This document shows, one piece after another, positions 1-14,750 of a stretch of DNA of 64,000 nt (position 1 is the stretch's first letter; every line of letters begins with the position of its first letter). A program made the translations under genes and the position numbers. Under the pieces are notes generated by a model that searched no databases, was not told where the DNA came from, and saw nothing but the letters and a program-made list of their open reading frames with translations. The stretch is from Lingula anatina (lineage: Eukaryota; Animalia; Brachiopoda). The stretch is from NCBI GenBank assembly GCA_051362555.1, contig CM120643.1, positions 18,046,848 to 18,110,847 on the forward strand, given 5' to 3'.

Positions 1-357
1 TGTGCACTGAAGATTTATCTTTTATCCAAAAGAAGGCATGTAAGACAGTAAATAAGGTGTTTTGGCGTAGGGTGACAATATCCTTAAACTCATCTAAAGA
101 ACTGTGTGTTGGTAGATTCAGCGTGTGTAAGATATATAACTACACATATATCTTTATTAGAACTCAACATGGAACAAGGGAAGTTGGCTGTTGACCCTTG
201 CTGTAGCAAGCCAGTCATGGGGAGATCTTCCTCACACACTTCCTATAATGTTGGTGGGTACAAAATGTGAAGCGGGCTGGGGAGGGGAGGGGAGAGAAGA
301 TTGTTTGGCTATTTTAATACTTTTCACTCTCTCTATCTCTCTCTGCACCCCTATCCC

Positions 358-383
358 AACACACACACACACACACACACACT

Positions 384-430
<47 letters not shown>
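358..430. repeat. (CA)n microsatellite
   Basis: Direct reading. Similar CA/TG, CT/GA, TAA and TAAA microsatellites occur at ~1517, 4821, 23300, 27545, 29978, 43105, 48335, 50455, 55835, 56505 and 57867. Confidence 0.97.
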
Positions 431-432
<2 letters not shown>

Positions 433-1512
433 CCGTTACATCAGACTCTCTTGGTATACCATGTTTTAATTTATTACTTTTATTCATTATCATTATTTCG
501 TTCAGACATTTTCCGTTGAATGTGGAATGTGGTTTATATATATATATGCTGTAGCCGTCTTTCATTAAAGGTAAACAGTAGGGTATGCCGCCGCTCTCCC
601 TCTGTTTGTCTGAATCACCTTAAAAAGCCCGGCTAAAAGTAGAGTGTAACAGGGTCAATTGCTCTCGAACCTTTGTTTAGTTCCCGTATCCGTAACGATA
701 AATTTAAGTGACCACTGTTTTATCGACTTTTAAAGTATAGGTCACTCAAGTGCGTGGCGTAGTTGGGCCAAGGCGCAGATTATTTTTGTTTGTGTAGCCT
801 TTGCTCTAAAGACATCAGGTATCAACTTTGAAAAACAGTTTAACATTTCCAAGGGCATTCAATCACCACAAGACAATGGCTCCAGCAGCTGTTCACTAAT
901 TTTCCTCCATTGTCTTTCTACCGACTTTTAAACCGAGAAACCAGTCTTGAACAATGGGGAGGAACCACTATTGCTTATCGCTACAACGAAACAGGCAATA
1001 AAACACAAGATTCCTGTAGTGCCCGCCCGCCATTGATGCGACCACAAAAAGCCATTGCCTTTCGTAAATGTTTGCTGTACTTCCAGACTGTGATTCACTG
1101 CCACTTATTTTGAAGGCATAAGGACCACCTATTCCGTCAGCTCCGCTGGCATTATTCGGTTAACTTGAATTGGAAGAGCTTATACTTACGTATTTAACTG
1201 TCTCAAATCACTTTGTCAAATTGGTGCCATCGACTAGAAAATACTCACAAAGAAATCTTAATGCAAACTTGACTCGGAAGTAACACATCTGGAGATCTCG
1301 TTGCCTTTTTCAGATTTATAGGTGCGATCTGTGAGACACTGATACGACGTTCTTCACAGAAAGCCACGGGGCAGTCAAGTGGCGCTAAGAAATTTATCCA
1401 CAGCTAAAGGTAGGTTAAATTTTGTGTATTGTATTGTATTTATTCAAAGAATGTAATTCTTTTGTATAGTTTTGCATTGCATTATACTGTATATATTTAA
1501 TCAAATGGTATT

Positions 1513-1547
<35 letters not shown>

Positions 1548-4500
1548 TTATATATATTATACATATATATGTGAATGTTTCAATATATATATATATTTAG
1601 ATAACCCTATGTATTTTTAAACGTAATAGAACTTGATGGGTACTTTGCATCAGGCGTGTGTAAATAACACATTTTTCTTGGTTGAAATCTAAAACTGAAA
1701 TAACGTTTTTGAACGTCAATGGAATTTTTTAAATATGTTTACCTATTTGTGAACACACTTCATCCCTAACAACAAATGAAAGATAGGATAGGCAAAACCA
1801 CGTAAGAATGGTTTTACCCCTCTTGCAAGTAGGTCGAGTAGTAAAATGCACCGCTCAACACCCTGAAGTCACATTTGACATCATAAGAGATGGTGAATGA
1901 ATTATAAGAGGCTTTATATCTGTTATATCAAACCCAGACACCTGTGTATCCGTTATTATCATTGACATTTTTCAAAGAAGCAGGCGTGTGCATGTAATTA
2001 ACTGTACCAAGACTGGGTCAGTGACGCACTAGAACTGATTGTTTCCGTATGAAGCCTGAATGTTTTTACAATAGGCTAGGGGCAATTATCCGCAATGCTG
2101 TCCTTATTATGTCACGAACGAGGTCATTACTGAAGATAATTCCAGTTAGTACAAATACATTATCTGTATCATCTTAAGACGAGGGGATACATTCCAGAAG
2201 GAGGACTGAATAAAACATGAATAACGGTAAACTGTATATTATACAATTAGATAATGGCGAACTGCCCTCTGTGCCGGAGTTTCGAAATGTCCTTTTAAAT
2301 CGAAACCGAGGCTGTAATTGTAGAAAACGAAGTTCAGTTTAGAAGGGAACTAATGATATGAATAGTCAAATGGGTACCTTGAATACACTGAAACCCCAAC
2401 CAGGTACCAATATACGTGTGTCCTTTCCACTCACAAAAACCAAGTTTCGGAGAGGCAAGTTTCCCTCTGGTCTCTGACACCAAGGGTGCCTATGTCATTT
2501 CCTGATTTGGAACCCTTTTCCACAAAGTAACTTAAACCCGAGAATTAGTCTAAACTTTTATTATGGCCTAAAATGTACAAAGGATATATTAATATCGTCC
2601 CAATTAAATGAAACATTGCGTCTCTATATAACATAAAAGGCATGGTTAATGTTTCAAACATGTTACTTCATTTACACAGACCGCTGTGGAATTTTCTTGA
2701 AATAACCTAGACCAAATGTCTGTCCAAAAGTTTAGATCAATTTTTGGGTAAAAGTTCGTGCGTGAGGCCGGCTGCTTGGGAATAAACCCCTGTGTAAAGC
2801 CTAAGTAGTGGCTTGAACGATTAGCCGTTATATTCACTCTAAAACACAGGGTGTTAAAAGGCAGTTTATCGTTCATGTCAGACAATGATAAAAGGCGTGT
2901 AGGTTACAGCATTTTGTGTTGACTTGACATAAACCACTTGAACGGGAAATGAATCACGCCGTTGATAGTCGAACAGCTGCTGCGCGGAAGAAATATTTCA
3001 CACACAATATATACTACTCCACTGCTACTCGGCCCCGATGACTTTTTTGTACGAACAATTTTTCTGTTGTTAGTATTGTTTTGTTTAAAGTTGACACAAT
3101 AAAAAAGAAAAAAAAGGTGATGAATCGCGTATGACCACTGAAAAATGTCACCCTAAGTTGGGGTAAGGACGGGACGTGATAAATTAACAGCTGTCTTTTT
3201 GTTAATCGGAATGAAAACGGTTGTCGTTTTTTTTTTTTCGTTGTCACATCTGTGTGTAAACAAAGGACGCTATAGGCCTTTTGGCGCATTGTGGCTAAAG
3301 TACAAAATGAGCGTTAGATTTTTTATGTTTATGGCAGAACATTTTTATTATTATTATTTTGAAAATTTCCACACTTCCCCCTAAGTCAGCTAGGTATACC
3401 ACATTTGGACCCGTTCACATAAATCTTTGAGTTTAAGCTCCTAGCTTTCTTTTGGTACTCGTAAGGGAACGCTAAAAACGAGGACTTTAAAACTCGAAAA
3501 CTAGTTTATAGATAACGATTTTCTCTACAGTTTTGGATCAGGCATAGATCTACCTTGATAATAAAGGGAAAACTGCTGAAATTTCTAGGTAAATATTTTG
3601 CTATATGAATGTATATACATGTCACTAAACACGGCGAACAGTGTACGCATATGTATTCGTTCGTGTACCCGAGTCCTAGCAGGTTCTACTATTTTAATGC
3701 CAATTTCAAGCAACTTTAATATTAGGACTTTTCTTGTACATCAGAGAACCGATAAGTTGAAACGTCGGGAAAAAGTAAACTATCTAACGACGCGTATGAA
3801 CCTACGATACAAATTTCCTCATTTCAATGAGATGTTTTTATACTAAGCGGAGTGTCAAAAAAGAGATTGAAAAAAGGATTCCTCTCTTCTTCTTGTTCTT
3901 AGATATACGCAAAAGAGTAAATAAATGACTTCCTCTTGTAACTTTTATTTAATCGAGAATTTTATCCTAAATAAAGGTCACTTATGTATAAAGTCGTGTC
4001 ACTCAATCGTTTATAGTCAGGTTTTTTATTTAAATTTTAAATGAAATTGATACTTACCGCATTTAAATTGTAAGTGGACGTATTTAGGGGTTGGATCGAC
4101 TGAACGACGACCACACAACAAAAGACAATTGTAGCTTGGACATAACATTCGTTATTATGTCCAAGGTTGTAGGCATTAAATTACTAATAGTGACCAAGCT
4201 ACGTTTGGTGCGCGAGGCTCTGTAGTTAATTTTTGAATAATTACGCTATACACCCAGTAGGCTATTGGATCCCCTTAATTCTGCGGTTACTCAACCCTCA
4301 TTTGTGGGATCGTAGCGGGCCTGGGAAAAGATCACTCCAATTTTTTGCCGTGTGAACTGCCTGAGTTAACACAAAACAATAAATTCCTTGGTTACTCTGT
4401 TTATATACACCCATAAACATACTGACGGGGGCGGCGAAAATAAATCTCCCATAAAAATGGTATAACTGCGTCAATGGGAGCTTATTGTGTACGTTAACTT

Positions 4501-4868
4501 GTGCTGGGTGACAATGATATATACTTTTCCTCAATGAAGTGACACTTTGCAGCTGGAAGCGGCTTGAGGAGCTGTGAGACATGGGTTGTTTCATGTGGCC
4601 TTTGGTTTGATCTGTCAACCTTGATTGACGCAATGTCACACCTAACACAATGTTGCATTCGAACTGCCGTCACACCTAACACACTGGTATGTTTCCGCTG
4701 TTACCAACTGTTTTAGGAAGCTGTTTGTCCAATCCATTAATGAAATTGTGATAGGGAATTTGGGGTGTAAGAGAGTGGGGAAAGGATGGTAGTGTTATCT
4801 TCTGTATGTACCCGGGAATGCACACACACAAATACACACACATGTATACACACACACATACACATGCA

Positions 4869-4904
<36 letters not shown>

Positions 4905-4908
<4 letters not shown>

Positions 4909-5165
4909 GGCGGATTTAGGGAGGTGTCAGGGACGTACTAACCCCCCATTCGATTTCTGAAAAAAAAAAAAATCACACCAATGGTCCCCTCTCGAAATTA
5001 GAATTTTGACTAGCTGAATCATAGTTCTAAACCGTACCAAAATGGCACCGTTCGCCCTCTAAAATACCAAAATTTTTCGAACCCCACGTTAGGGGGGACG
5101 ATAAGGGTCAGTTTTGCATCTGTGGACCCCTCTCCTCCCTTCAAATAATCTTGGATCCGCCCCTG
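4905..5165. mobile_element. Short TIR element (CAGTGGCGGAT...ATCCGCCCCTG) inserted in a CA microsatellite
   Basis: 11-bp imperfect TIRs with (CA)n on both sides. Related ends CAGGGCGGAT at ~22917 and CAGGGGCGGATCCAG at ~23040. Confidence 0.65.
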
Positions 5166-5192
5166 CACACATTCACACACACACACACACAT

Positions 5193-5238
<46 letters not shown>

Positions 5239-8200
5239 GGACCTAGATTCCCAGCTGTAATTATGTAAACGCAGCTAGGACTTATATTCCTGTCCTAATA
5301 ATACATTCCTAATGACATGCATTACAGCGGTCATCCGTTTCCTATGCATTAGTACATGCACAACCACGCGAACAAAGTGTACCTTCATACCTAACAATTT
5401 ATATAACCATAGGATTCATGTCAAACGGCTTGAAAACTATTAGGGCAATGTCCGCACGCGAAAATTGTCACTAAACAAAATGCTGCAGTTTACATGTGAA
5501 TTTGTACATAACCCTCCTTCTCCACAACATTTACAGACGCATGTCGGTACACATCTGTTTGTTATATGAGATTAATGTTTTAGAATAAAAAATTGTCTGG
5601 TTTAAAGCTTAACGTGACTCAGCAACATCGACAGTTGGCACGTTTTTGGCTGTGTGTAAATTGATTGGATTAAGGGGTCGATTGATGAAAAGGACCATAC
5701 GTAGCACATTAATGGTCATCTGTAGAATACTGTGTAGCCAACAAGTGGTGACCGTTTTTGTTCAAAACGAGAGGAGGAAGTTGGCAGGCTTTATTCTTCT
5801 CTACACTCATATCCGCAAGGTAGGTGGTCTTTTTCCCGTTTATTAAATACATTATATTTCTCAAAATCATTCTTCTGTTTAGTCATTCATTTAGTGAAAA
5901 ATGAAACCGGACACATAATTTAGTTATGAAGTCGCGAATTTTCTTTTGCGGTTTAATTTTCATTTACCAAACAGATAAAGCAACTTGCCAATATTGTGGT
6001 GTTCCTTTCTCAACGGTGATTTAGGTTTCCCGGGCCTCTATACACTTAGATGATGGTGAGGTCGTGCGGGAAAACCTCCAATTATAGTTGGGCTAAAGCA
6101 CTTGATACCAGAAAACACACATAATTCAAATCTTTACTCACGCTTAGGGCTCCTGTGACTCTCACTTTACCCATGGTGACATGTCCCTTGACCCCCCCCC
6201 CCCCCCCACCAATCACGGTGACAGATCCTGTAGTCTTGACACCCTCACCCCCCCCCCCCCCCAAACGATCACGGTGACAGATCCTGTAGTCCCTTTTTTG
6301 CACACCGAAGGACCCCTCTCGGCACTTTACTCAATGTGAGGGATCTTATAACCCCAGTTTTCCCGCGATTAAGGGTCTTACGACCCCATACCCCTTTATT
6401 TACTGTGAGGAATTCTCTGACACCCCCTTCGATATACCAGCAGTGCATATTATCGCTTCTGAAACATCAGTGGTGCAATGCGAAGAAGGGCATCTATCCT
6501 TCCCATTGTTATCCTCTGCAGTGATTATAAAGCGGCCGCTCACAGTTTTGATGGTAGCACGCCTTGGAATCCGCGTGCGTGTAGGTTTAATGAGTCTTGT
6601 TTTTGCTGCATAATGAATGCTTATGCGTTGACGGGGTTGCATAATGCATGCTCTTCCACGTGTACCATCTCCCCATAACAGCAGTGTAGGTTGAATGAGT
6701 CTTTTTTTTTTTTTTTTTTTGCTTCATAATGAACGCTTATGGAACCTCCGTGCCCTCCATGCGGTTACCTGCGATTGTAAGCGAATGCGACAATGTGCGC
6801 GAATCCATTTTTTTTAGTGCAATGCTTTAATTGGAACGTTGACAGGGTTGCGTAATGAATGCTCTTCCACGTCTAACATCTCCCCATAGCACAAATAGCC
6901 GGGATCTGTTTAGCAAAATACTGTTCGATAGTTGATCGAAATTAGTAGACAAATATTTTTAGACAGATGTAGCCCCAGATAAATTAGCAACAGTCAAATC
7001 AGTTGGAATCTTGTGTATGTTTTTTACACTTTTAAATCTCAAAAGAACTCTTTAAACTTTTAAAAGAAAAAAATTGCTCCTGCACTCTCTTTCACTCGAC
7101 TTCTTTATTCATCGTGATTGGTTCAAAGAAGACCCAGATTTGGACCTGTAAATTAGGACCAACTTTCTGTCTAAATTTTTCATTTTTTATTATTATTTTT
7201 TCATTAAAATATTAATCAATTCTCTGGACAAAATCTTTATTTTCCATGATTAAGCCGTTGATTTTCACAAACAGCCGAAAAGAAGACCCGAAAAGTGCGC
7301 CCGAATACCAAATATTTGGGCCTACTACAGAACAGGCTAAGACTTGAGCAGGCTAACGTTTTTGGGTATTGGGCACAGTTTTAAGACAAAATGAAAAACT
7401 TGCCTTAATCTTAATGATACCAGATCTTAATCTCAAATCTATCTTTAGTCCTGTCTAAAGTAACCTTGTCATCTTAGCCTCATTGCGCTTATTTCGTGTT
7501 AGATTTATTTCCGTGTCCAGACAATGATTTGACGATTATCATTTGTTAATGTACGTGTTTTGTACGCACAGTGGATCTTTCATCCTTTTGAAACCAGAAA
7601 GATGGTTGGTCATCAATGCATGAAGATTATGAAAGAAATGCCAAGTTTCAGAATCGACTTGAATCGAAGTTTAAAACTGCATTTCCTGGCCTTCTAAACA
7701 GACAGAAATATATGTGAATTCCATAAAAACCTTCATAATAATGCAACTGTTTTAATTTTTTATTTTATTATATTTTTGGTGGAGGATTGCATGGATACAT
7801 TTAACACAACTGAAAAAATAAAGTCATAACCACAATATGCAAGAGCGATTTTACATCACAGTAAGTGTCATATAAGCTAGAAGGGGTGAATGTTTTTTCT
7901 TTTTGTTTTTACGTACTTTAACAAATGACGGTATAAGGAATGGAATTAGGAAGGAACGATTGCCAAATATATAAAAGGACATTTTGTAATCATCTTTTAC
8001 TCACAATTGTAAATTGTCTCCAGAGAGTTCCATACAGTGCGACAAGTATGCCACCATGATCTCTGGTCTGATACAATGGACCTGTGAGAGAATTTAGGTG
8101 TCGGGCTGTTAGAGAAATATAAATTTTGTTTTTTTTAGTTACAAGACAAGTTGAGCTAAGTTTTAGTGATTGTTTTATTTATTAAGGGGCTAGTAAGATT

Positions 8201-9919
8201 TGATTTAGAGCAGTAGTTTTCGGAGGCCTATTAAAACATAGGAGGCGTGTTAATCTCTTTATCTGATTGTATTCAGCAAGAGTTCCCGCGGAGTTGGATT
8301 GACCAGCGTAGACCGATAGTTTCATTGGGAATGAGCCTTTAACTGGCCAGCACTGAAAGGTCCATCAGCTTATCACTGTGTATCTACTCACTGAATAAGG
8401 AAAGAAAAAAAAAAGAAAGAACGAATGAGGGAAAGAACGAAAGTGGGAAAGAAAAAGAAAGAAAGAATGAAAGAGGTCAGAGCGTTTGAGGTGAAATAAA
8501 AGGCACCCAGTTCGAAAGGGGTTATTCTTAATAATTGCGGTAATATCATATCCGAGAAATCGCAGAAACTCAATTTATGGTGTATCGTTTCTGATGCAGC
8601 ATTCTCCAAAAAGACGAGAAATCAACTAACCTGGACAATCTCAGTGTCACAAATAGAAATTGTGACGCAGATGTAATAAAGCGCCCAGATCATTAGTGTA
8701 TTATTTTTAAGCTAGCCGGCCGATATCAACGATATAGTCCCACTCTGCCTCTTCTATCATTCTCCTTGAGGCAAGATGAAAATAAAAACATGAAAGAAAA
8801 AGTGCAAAAGGGCATGTATAGAGTTATGAATGTTTTTTCCTGAATGGAAGGGGTACTCATAAGTCAACCTCGTGCGGGCCTTAAAATAGACCGGTTTGGG
8901 TAAACGTTCGCGCTGGTCGGACAGACGGGCCGGTTCAATAAGATTTAATGGCTATAAATATCTATATCAAAAGAGCCGCTTCCTCCTTAAGTATCGGAGT
9001 GTATGGGGTATGCTTTCTCTGCGCTCTGCGTGAATCCTGCGATGGATACAGGAATAGATCGCTCTGTTGTAGAGAGCGATGCAAATAGAAGGGAAAAAAG
9101 ATGGGTGATAAGAGCTGCGGTTTTATATTATGAGATTTTGCACTTTGAGAATAGCTGTTTACTACGTGAAAGAATGTTGTTGTTTTATTTTTCAGTCAGT
9201 CGTCAATTAATTTGTCGATTGTTTCTTTCCGTTGGGACTCTTGTATGGAATATACGAATTTCATCTTTATTTTGATGGACACATTTTACCAAGCTCAAAG
9301 CAAGTGTTTGGACCACCCTGTTACAAAAATGGCGGGAAAAGTCAATACCCACCACCCAGTATGTGACTGGTTTATTGTTCCGTTAACGAAAAGTGGCTAT
9401 TTTTTCATCGGCCTTGGATTTCATTGCGGAAAAGATATCTCAAAGTTTGATGAAAATTTCAAGATTGACATTTTTCAGGACTGAAAGAATCATTTCAACT
9501 GTCTTCTCATATTTTTACAATCATTTTATTATTTTGTTATTATTGACATATTCCGTGACGGAGTTATACCAGCAGGCGCGTTTTATATTTTTTCATAAGC
9601 GTCATTTTGTAAGTTCTTTTTTCGAATTTTTAAAGATGGTAACTCGATACTGTATGTTGTGACTGCGCTCAATGCCGAAGAGCAAGGTTTGCATCAATCA
9701 GACCAGCATGAGAAAGGCTTTCTCAACATCTGATATCAAAGGCCAAAAATGAATCAACAAACCGATAAATCTATACATCGATTACGGTTACCAATATCGA
9801 GTCTGATTCTATTATTAAGTGAATAAGAATTAACATGATAACCTCTTATGAGCGTCAGAGAAAGCTAAGTTATTAATGCTAGTTACACAGTGTATTGTCT
9901 GCCTAATTATGCGATTAAA

Positions 9920-10385
9920 TGATTTATTGGAAACACATTGACTTCATTAGCAGAGGTCAAAAACTTAATTACAGAATAGTTAATATTGGCCCTGTATTGC
10001 CATTGTGTTCTTCATCATTTAGAGTAGTGATTTATTGGACACACATTCACTTAATTAAGTGAGGTTATGAACTTGATAATAAAAATGTATTCAGTGTGGA
10101 ATTTTATTTGTTTGCTTAATCATCTACGTACGTGATTACCCCTCAGTGAATTAGCCGAGGTTATCAGATCAATAAGAAAAAACAAGATGTTATGTTTTTT
10201 TCATATTGTTTTATTTGCTTAATTATAAGACAAGTGGCTTATTGAAAATGCTTTTCACTTAATTTGCCTAGGTTAAAGGATCAAGAATAGAAATACCATA
10301 ACGCTAATCAAAACTTGCTCTCATTTGGACAAAGCGAGACTTAATTATTGAAAAAATATTGCCTGCACTCAATGCAGCGACTAAA
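9920..10385. repeat. Degenerate ~105-bp tandem array, ~5 units
   Basis: Recurrent TTATTG(G/A)A...CACTTAATT...(G)AGGTTA at ~9924, ~10032, ~10135 (partial), ~10239 and ~10345. Confidence 0.55.
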
Positions 10386-13300
10386 ATGAAGTAATGCCCT
10401 CATCGATAGTATTGACGAAAATGACAGATTACATACAGTCAAAGAAGAAAAGTTTACGCCGATTTCCGAGGTGAAATTCTTTTGTCTTTAAGGGCTGCAG
10501 TTCTTGGGCCGACCCGTAAATTTCTTGTTTTCGGAATAGTTGTTTTAGGTATGTCAGACAAACGCCTTCACACCTGACAGGGCTCCAGGGACGTGGTGTA
10601 ATTGCCCGTGTACTTTTGTATACGTACACACACAGCAAATTAACAGGTAGACTAAGAGGCAGACGAAGTGAATCGATGGTTAAAGGTTAACCAATATTTC
10701 GATTGCCAGATCATTACCCAACTGAACGGTTGTGTCGAATTTTAAAATAAAAATACTGTGTGTCAAGATTTGGCTAAAGCCCTTGTTAAACCGAGCTGGC
10801 GGTCGCTTGGAGAACAAAACTTTGCCCACTTTTCTCACGTTGTGGCTTTGACAATATATTTATATAGTCAACATCAAATGGATTTGTACACCGGTGCTAG
10901 TGGACTTTAAATATTGTAGCATTTTTTGTCATTTATTTGTGAGAGTGGTCGCAAGCCCGCTGTGACAGGAATGGTAATCTGCTAGGAACCGTAGTACGTT
11001 CCCCAGTAATTTGTTTGAATTGTTAAATTTGAAGTGTAATTTAAGAAAAAATGTCAGTCACCAAAACCGTTACACTGCATTCACTTCATGTCAAACTGCA
11101 GTGCACTTCCACATATATAAAGCACCCCTTTGATAAAAAGCACGGAATATGTCCAAAATGGAGACATAATATTAATTTTTCTCTGTTTTACTGTGGTAGA
11201 TTTTACAAACCTATTGGTACACTTGGGCCAATATCTCGAGTAAGACACTTAGTATACCATCTGCGACATATTTAAGTAGAATGCGCCGTTAAAGTAAACC
11301 TATACTGTTACCAATCACAAGGGTGTGCATGGTCATGGTCGTCTAGACGTTACTGTATTTTTGAAGCTTGACAGTGACTTACTAACACAAGGTCGACGTG
11401 ATTTTTTGTCGTCTACAGCTTTCTTGCATATTTTATCAGTGATTTTGACAACGGAATAAAAATTAGATAAACAAAAAATAGTGCTGAGGTCTTGAAGTAA
11501 ACGGCGTTTGAGATTACGAATCAAATCAAGATTGGTATACTTATCTACTGTATTTATCAATCCTTTTTCTTCAGCAATTCGTCACCAGTAACATGCTACG
11601 AAGCGCATGCATCTAACATACAGTTGCCTAAAAAGCTTTAAAGGGATAACAACTGGGGTAAAGGACCATTTTCCCATACTTATCAATGGTAAATGAATCC
11701 ATTCCCACATTCAAAATAAGTCCCTGTTTTTTTTCTAAAAAGTTTGGTTATTTGTAATAATCTCTTAAGAGATTATTACAGAGTGTAGCCATCTGTGGAG
11801 GTCACGTGAAGTGATGGCAAGCACAAATCCCAAAATAATTGTATTAACCGCCGTTTTGTGGGTTAAATAGAATTTATTGTATTTCTATTTACAATGTATT
11901 TATTTACAATGTATTTATTGTGAAATATGAATATCTGACGAATGGTTGTTATCCCTTTAATTATTATTTCGCTCTCATAACCCAAAGCCAGCGCAAATAA
12001 ATTTTCAAGAAATCTAGCCATAACCTTATTCAATTTTATTTGCATTTGTAGATAAAGAGGAAAAGCAATCAGAAATTGAAAAATGCACCTACATGTAGGT
12101 GAGCGATACTTCATTTATTTATTTATTTATTTACACATGAATTCACATTTTTCATTGGTGCGAATACCATTAATAAAAATAAAGAACAACCGCATGCATC
12201 TTCCCATTACGTCGTTTTGTCTCTGGTTTGCAGCGATGAAAACAAGAAACTTTCCAGCTTTTCGCTATGTTCGTAAATTGTTCTGCGTCCACTGAAAAAA
12301 AAAATACCGTATCTTTTGTAGGATCAAGAGAGTTGAACTGCAAAGATGAGTTCATTGATAACCCTGGCATTTTGTCTCTTTTTACACTGTACACTAAGAA
12401 TAATTTGTGAACCGAGTAACTACATACCTTGACTTTCTTCATCCCCGATTGGCCCATGAAATATAGCGCTTATGCTTATGCCCGGATCTGGGGAGCCTCG
12501 CCATGCACACTGAAATTCGCCGATATTTAAAGTTTGGCTACGGAGATTTAAGAGGTAATAAGCTTAAATATTTTTGTCTAAATTTCGGATTAACTGTTTT
12601 GAAATTTGCATAAGACGCAACTTTTAGACGTGAAGACGCAACAATCTTAAAGGTATTATTGTTGATGTAAACTGGTCTATCATAAACCCTTTACAAGTAT
12701 TTAAAGAACAGTACATCAATTTTATTTCAATATTTGCCTTTCCATCGAACAAACAATTGTCAACATTTCTAATAAAATGGACTATATATTTCCACTCGTT
12801 TTAAGTAAGCATTTTCAACATTCTATAATTACACGTCGTAAAAGAAAGTTTTTGAAACGTATTCGCAAAAAAAAAAAAAAAAAAAAAAAATTCAAATAGC
12901 TCGCTGAGAAAAGTAGCTAGCTATGAATCCTGCTTATACCGCTTTAATAGCACCATAAAATCATTCAAATTACGGAGAAAATAGTCATCAACTGTCGGAG
13001 ATTTTCTTCACCTTGTATGTGTTCATGAGATTGCTGTAACACATGATAGAGTAAGATATGTGCATGAGTCAAGGTAATGTTGGTAATGAAGATATTAGCC
13101 AGGGAGCCGACGTAATTTTTTTTTTTTTTTTTTTTTTTTTTTTGAAACCGGCGTTCAGGCTTCTACGTTGCAAAAATCGACTAAACATATGTATTCCTAA
13201 AATAATCATTCGTGGGATTCGTGGTCTGTGTGAAATAAGGGCATAAGTAGTATCAAATAACAAAAGAGTTACATCACGATGAGTTCAAGAACAACAGGAT

Positions 13301-13502
13301 GTAAAATTTAGTTGAGACGGGGAGGATATCCGATCCAGGAGAAACGTACAATACCTTCGATTTTTTTAATGTGGCAACAAAGTCAATTATAATATAAGAA
13401 GAAGAAGAAAAAGAAAAAAAAAGATCTTTGTTTGCTGTGATAGTCTCAAAAAGACAACAACAGCATGTGAACACCATCGTCATCTTATAATTAGTATTAT
13501 TC

Positions 13503-13670
13503 TGACCCGTAGCCATCAATTTCAAAAGGGGGGTTCTTTTTCTTAAAAAGGGGACCTTTTACAATGAAACCTTAATGTACTTAGGTAAAATTTTACCCAG
13601 AGGGGACCTTTTCCCGGCAAAAGAGGGGGGTTCTTTCGAAACCCCGAACACCTCCTGGTTACGGGGCTGA
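13503..13670. mobile_element. Short TIR element (CCCGTAGCC...GGTTACGGG family)
   Basis: Inverted termini; a homologous copy lies in reverse orientation at ~55000-55112 (CTCTGGGTAAAATTT...AAAAAGAACCCCCTTTTTGAAATTG.TAGCTACGGG). Confidence 0.65.
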
Positions 13671-13677
13671 TGTTATA

Positions 13678-13709
<32 letters not shown>

Positions 13710-13894
13710 GATCGTGGGGGGGAGGGGGGTTCATGGGTGAACACTTGTTTTTTAAAGACGTTACAGCCTAGAACATGACTCTAATACATCCGTTGTCGGT
13801 TTCAAGTTACGCACGCCTGCAGGATATTACCTAAACTTGTATATAGACAAACCAACTGTTACAAAACTGTTACAAAACTGATAGCATCTCCCCT

Positions 13895-14355
13895 TCGCCC
13901 TTTTTTTTACCTGTGCCTGTCGTCGTCGGCGTCGTCTTCGCCGTGCACTTTCGATGTTATATAAATAAAATAAAATCCATTTTTCCTTTTGTATTCAAAC
14001 TTACAGAAATGATGAATAATCAGAAAATAAAGGGCAAGTTCGAATATCAGCCTGATCAGACCATTTTCCAAAAATAATGCTTTTTTCTTTTTTATTCATA
14101 ATTTTTATGCACCGTCATACAAATAAAATAAAAATCGTTTCACTTTTTGTATTCTAACTTACAGAACTGATGAATGTTCATAAAATACAGGTCAAGTTTG
14201 AATATCAGCCTGATCGGACCATCTTCCAAAAGTTATGCTTTAAAAAAAAATTTATCCACCGTTTTACAAATGAAATAAAAACCATGTCATATTTTGCTTT
14301 AAAACTTGCAGGACTGATTCTAAAGTCTGATATATAGATCAAGGTCGAAAATATA
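13895..14355 (+). mobile_element. HINE-like element with a (GTC)n tract and ~165-bp internal tandem core repeats
   Basis: GTCGTCGTCGGCGTCGTC is followed by two full copies and one partial copy of TAAATAAAAT...TTTTGTATTC.AACTTACAGAA.TGATGAAT...CAAGTT.GAATATCAGCCTGATC.GACCAT.TTCCAAAA. Confidence 0.6.
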
Positions 14356-14379
14356 ATGCTGTTTTTTGTATATAAATGG

Positions 14380-14750
14380 GGTTTGCTCAGATTCAATTCT
14401 TAGGCATGTGAACAGTCTCAGTATTGAACTTATTATATTTGTAAAAGTGCTCGTTGACATTTTCTGCATTTAATATTTTTGTAAATTGCTGGCATAAAAT
14501 GATGGTAAATCAGTTATCGTGTATTGTGTAATAAAGTGTCAAAAATGGAAATAAACTCATATCAGCACAGCTTGTCAGATTCAATCCCTATGTTCAGAAT
14601 CTCAGAATGGAGCAAACTGGAAATTTAAAATGTTTTATTCATATTTTCCTATCCTAACAATTTTATAGTATATCATTTAAAAATGAAAGTAAATTGGTTA
14701 TTGTGTATTATGTAATATGTGTTGAAAAGGAAAACAGCTCATTTCAGTAG
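14380..14750. repeat. Diverged ~185-bp tandem duplication
   Basis: TCAGATTCAAT...TCTCAG and AAAATGA..GTAAAT..GTTAT.GTGTATT.TGTAATA each occur twice at ~185-nt spacing. Confidence 0.55.

Noticed and set aside
191-565. ORFs with HTHT/CVCV runs (also at ~4676, 5019, 29912, 31287 and 42827)
   Set aside because: They are translations of CA, CT and TAAA microsatellites.
9212-9484. 90-aa ORF with plausible composition
   Set aside because: No recognisable motif or linked splice structure; it may be chance or a TE relic.
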